Assembly (NCBI GenBank): GCA_021324885.1
Contig: JAJPIF010000019.1
Location: 21,630 to 85,629, forward strand
Source of the DNA: Pseudomonadota bacterium
GTDB taxonomy: Bacteria > Desulfobacterota > Binatia > Binatales > Binataceae
Reading direction: 5' to 3'
DNA length: 64,000 nucleotides
Below the pieces are notes generated by a model. The model searched no databases. It was not told the DNA's origin and was given only the letters and a program-made list of their open reading frames with translations. Each line of letters opens with the position of its first letter. Position 1 is the stretch's first letter. Shown in pieces: positions 61,708-64,000 of this stretch. The translations under genes and the position numbers were made by a program.

Positions 61708-64000
61708 ATGAGAAGTTTTTTTGTAGCCCTGATTCTCCTTGCCGGTTTGATTGGGCTCGCGCCCGTTGCCACCGAGGCTTCGAATCGAACAGCCGGCGAA
61801 AACCTTATAACGATGAATTTCCAGGACGTGGATATTTCGGTGCTCGCGAAATTCATCAGCGATATAACCGGCAAGAACTTCGTGATCGATGAAGGAGTGC
61901 GGGGCAAAATTACGATTATCTCGCCGACCAGGGTTACGCCCGAGCAGGCCTATTCGATTTTCAAATCGGTTTTGCAGATAAAGGGCTTCACCACTGAGCA
62001 GTCAGGGCCGGTTATCCGGATAATTCCCTCGCGCGATGCGCGCTCTTCGGCGGCGCTCACCTATTCGCAGAGCCCGGCTTTGCAGACCAACAACGACGAA
62101 TATGTCACCCGGATGATCAAGTTGCGCAACGCTGACGCCTCCGCCCTGGTCAGCATGGTGCAGCCGCTGATTTCGCGCGACGGTCTGGTGGCGGCATTCC
62201 CCGAGACCAACACGCTGATCATCACCGATGACGCCTGGAACGTGCAGCGTCTGCTGCAGATAATCGGCGCGATCGATGCGGAAAAAATCCAGGAATCGGT
62301 CGAAGTGGTGCCCTTGCGCCTGGCCTATGCCGACGATATGGCGCCCAAGATCGAGCAGATCATGGGCGCGAGCGCCAGTGGCGGCTCCCAACCCCAACCC
62401 GTTCCATTTCGCCCCATGTATGGCGGCGAAGGCGGCGGGCTGAGTTCGCCGTCGCGGCCGGTCAAGGTCATTCCCGACGAACGTACCAATTCGCTGATCG
62501 TGATGGCCGATCCGCTGCAGATGAAAATGATCAAGGCGCTGATCGCGCAGCTCGATATTCACAGTCCCACGGCCAGTTCCCGTGTCCATGTCTATTACCT
62601 CAAGTATGCTCAGGCGCTCGAGATGGTCGCGGTGCTGAGCTCGGTGCTGGGTAACGGCAGCGGTCCCGGAGCGTTATCGCCGCAAACCGGCAAGGGATCT
62701 CTGGGACGCAGCAGCGGGCTGGGATTCGGCGGCCTCGGTACCGGAGGCGTAGGCACGGTCGGCTATGGCGGCGGTGTCAGCTCGATGTCGGGCGGCTCCG
62801 GTTACGGCGGTTCCACTCACAGCGCTAACGGAGCCTCCGGCACGCTGGGCGGAGGTGGTAGCGGATCGGTCACCGCCAAGGGCGGCCCGGGGACGGAATT
62901 TGAGCAGGAGGTAAACGTCGCCGCCGATCCCGCCACCAACTCGCTGGTGGTGAGCGCATCGCCCCAGGACTACAGCACGCTGGAAAAGATTATCTCCCAG
63001 CTCGACGTCCCGCGCCGCCAGGTCTATGTGCAGGCGGTGATCGTCGAAGTCAGCGCGGAGCGGATGCGGCAACTTGGGATCAGTTATCAGGGCTCGACTT
63101 CTCTGGGCGGCAATACCCTGGGCGTCGGCCATTTCGATTACGGCAATCTGGCCAATGCGCTGACCAATCCGCTGGGAGTGACCGGACTGACCTTCGGTCT
63201 CGCCTCGGGGACCATGTGCACGGTCAACACCGCGCTCAGCTCGGTTTCCAGCGCGTTGACCGGAACCACCACTCCGACCAGCACCTCGGTGACGGTGCCA
63301 TGCGATATCGCGTTGATCACCGCATTGGAGACCGATACCCATTCCAACGTCCTGTCGGCGCCCACGCTTTTGACCGCCGACAACGAAGAGGCAACTATCG
63401 TGGTGGGACAGAACATCCCGCTGCTGTCCTCCGCCACCGCGACCGCCGCGCTGACCGGGCAAATCTTTCAGTCCGTTGACCGGCAAAACGTCGGCATAAC
63501 CCTCGACGTGGTGCCGCAGATTACCGAAGGCGGCTACATCAAGCTCGACGTTTACGAGGAAGTCTCGGCGGTTATCGCCAGCACGGTGAACAATCCGCTG
63601 GGTCCCACGACCACCATACGCGCGGCTTCGACCACGGTGCTGGTCCAGAACCATCGCACCACCGTGATCGGGGGATTGCTGTCCGACGAGGTCGACATAA
63701 CCAAGCAGGGCGTGCCCTACCTGTCGAACATCCCGGTGCTGGGGAATTTCTTCACCAATCGCAACCGCAATGGGCAGAAGACCGATCTATTGGTTTTTCT
63801 GACGCCGCACGTGATTCTCAATCGCGAGGACTTGCGCGAGCTGTCGCTGGATGAGCGCCAGCACTTTCTGCAAAGCCTGGGCCGCAAGGAGATCCATGAT
63901 ATGCCGCTGCAGCAGGTGCGGGAAATCTTCAAGCCCAGCTTCGGGATGACGGTGCCGCCCGGCGCGGAGTTTGGCTCGCCCAATCCCCAGCCGGACAACA
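61708..64000 (+). CDS. gspD: Type II secretion system secretin (3' end runs off the window)
   Basis: Not in the ORF track because there is no stop in the window. MRSFFVALILLAGLIGLAPVA signal. N0 domain ITMNFQDVDISVLAKFISDITGKNFVIDEGVRGKITIISPTRVTPEQAYSIFKSVLQIKGF. Secretin domain ...VIGGLLSDEVDITKQGVPYLSNIPVLGNFF...LLVFLTPHVI. Confidence 0.85.
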   Translation, partial: MRSFFVALILLAGLIGLAPVATEASNRTAGENLITMNFQDVDISVLAKFISDITGKNFVIDEGVRGKITIISPTRVTPEQAYSIFKSVLQIKGFTTEQSGPVIRIIPSRDARSSAALTYSQSPALQTNNDEYVTRMIKLRNADASALVSMVQPLISRDGLVAAFPETNTLIITDDAWNVQRLLQIIGAIDAEKIQESVEVVPLRLAYADDMAPKIEQIMGASASGGSQPQPVPFRPMYGGEGGGLSSPSRPVKVIPDERTNSLIVMADPLQMKMIKALIAQLDIHSPTASSRVHVYYLKYAQALEMVAVLSSVLGNGSGPGALSPQTGKGSLGRSSGLGFGGLGTGGVGTVGYGGGVSSMSGGSGYGGSTHSANGASGTLGGGGSGSVTAKGGPGTEFEQEVNVAADPATNSLVVSASPQDYSTLEKIISQLDVPRRQVYVQAVIVEVSAERMRQLGISYQGSTSLGGNTLGVGHFDYGNLANALTNPLGVTGLTFGLASGTMCTVNTALSSVSSALTGTTTPTSTSVTVPCDIALITALETDTHSNVLSAPTLLTADNEEATIVVGQNIPLLSSATATAALTGQIFQSVDRQNVGITLDVVPQITEGGYIKLDVYEEVSAVIASTVNNPLGPTTTIRAASTTVLVQNHRTTVIGGLLSDEVDITKQGVPYLSNIPVLGNFFTNRNRNGQKTDLLVFLTPHVILNREDLRELSLDERQHFLQSLGRKEIHDMPLQQVREIFKPSFGMTVPPGAEFGSPNPQPDN

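Noticed and set aside
1-64000. CRISPR arrays, rRNA genes, transposase/IS elements, and recognisable defense-system domains (reverse transcriptase, CBASS-like cyclase, restriction-modification and similar).
   Set aside because: I saw no regularly spaced short repeats with unique spacers, no rRNA-like conserved blocks, no DDE/transposase motifs and no such domains in any frame inspected by eye.

Overview
High-GC bacterial chromosome segment. The gene content, with many LLM/F420 oxidoreductase, PF04909 amidohydrolase, alpha/beta-hydrolase, SDR, acyl-CoA dehydrogenase and DUF1329 paralogs, suggests a deltaproteobacterial or Binatota-like environmental genome, but that taxonomic guess is weak. Most of the window is densely packed catabolic and housekeeping genes: nrdJ, trmFO, ppx/gppA-family, a DUF721/DciA-like gene, bactofilin, and a gspD secretin that runs off the right edge. 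The one clear accessory region is a 13.2 kb integrative element at 6831-19987, inserted at the 3' end of tRNA-Arg(TCG) and bounded by a perfect 47 bp direct repeat. It carries a tyrosine integrase translationally coupled to a zinc-ribbon (CGNR/FCS-like) protein, an excisionase, and a Prim-Pol/helicase replicase. DNA-level iterons plus an AT-rich tract are embedded in the replicase 3' third and look like an origin. It also carries a P27-type small terminase, an HK97-type prohead protease and a tape-measure protein, but I see no large terminase, portal, major capsid or other tail genes. The genes form one tightly coupled minus-strand operon with many ATGA/GTGA/TAATG start-stop overlaps. I read this as a phage-satellite-like hijacker, or possibly a deleted prophage, with several unknown-function genes; it is the best candidate for an undescribed system. 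Other observations: three copies of a TTGAG-N5-CTCAA palindrome in the TetR control region, long purine/pyrimidine-rich inverted repeats in some gene leaders, an AT-rich roughly 400 bp nrdJ/DUF721 intergenic region, a roughly 850 bp non-coding gap, a tandem-fused family III CoA-transferase, and two decayed genes. All functional calls come from reading motifs in the translated ORFs by eye; no searches were run.
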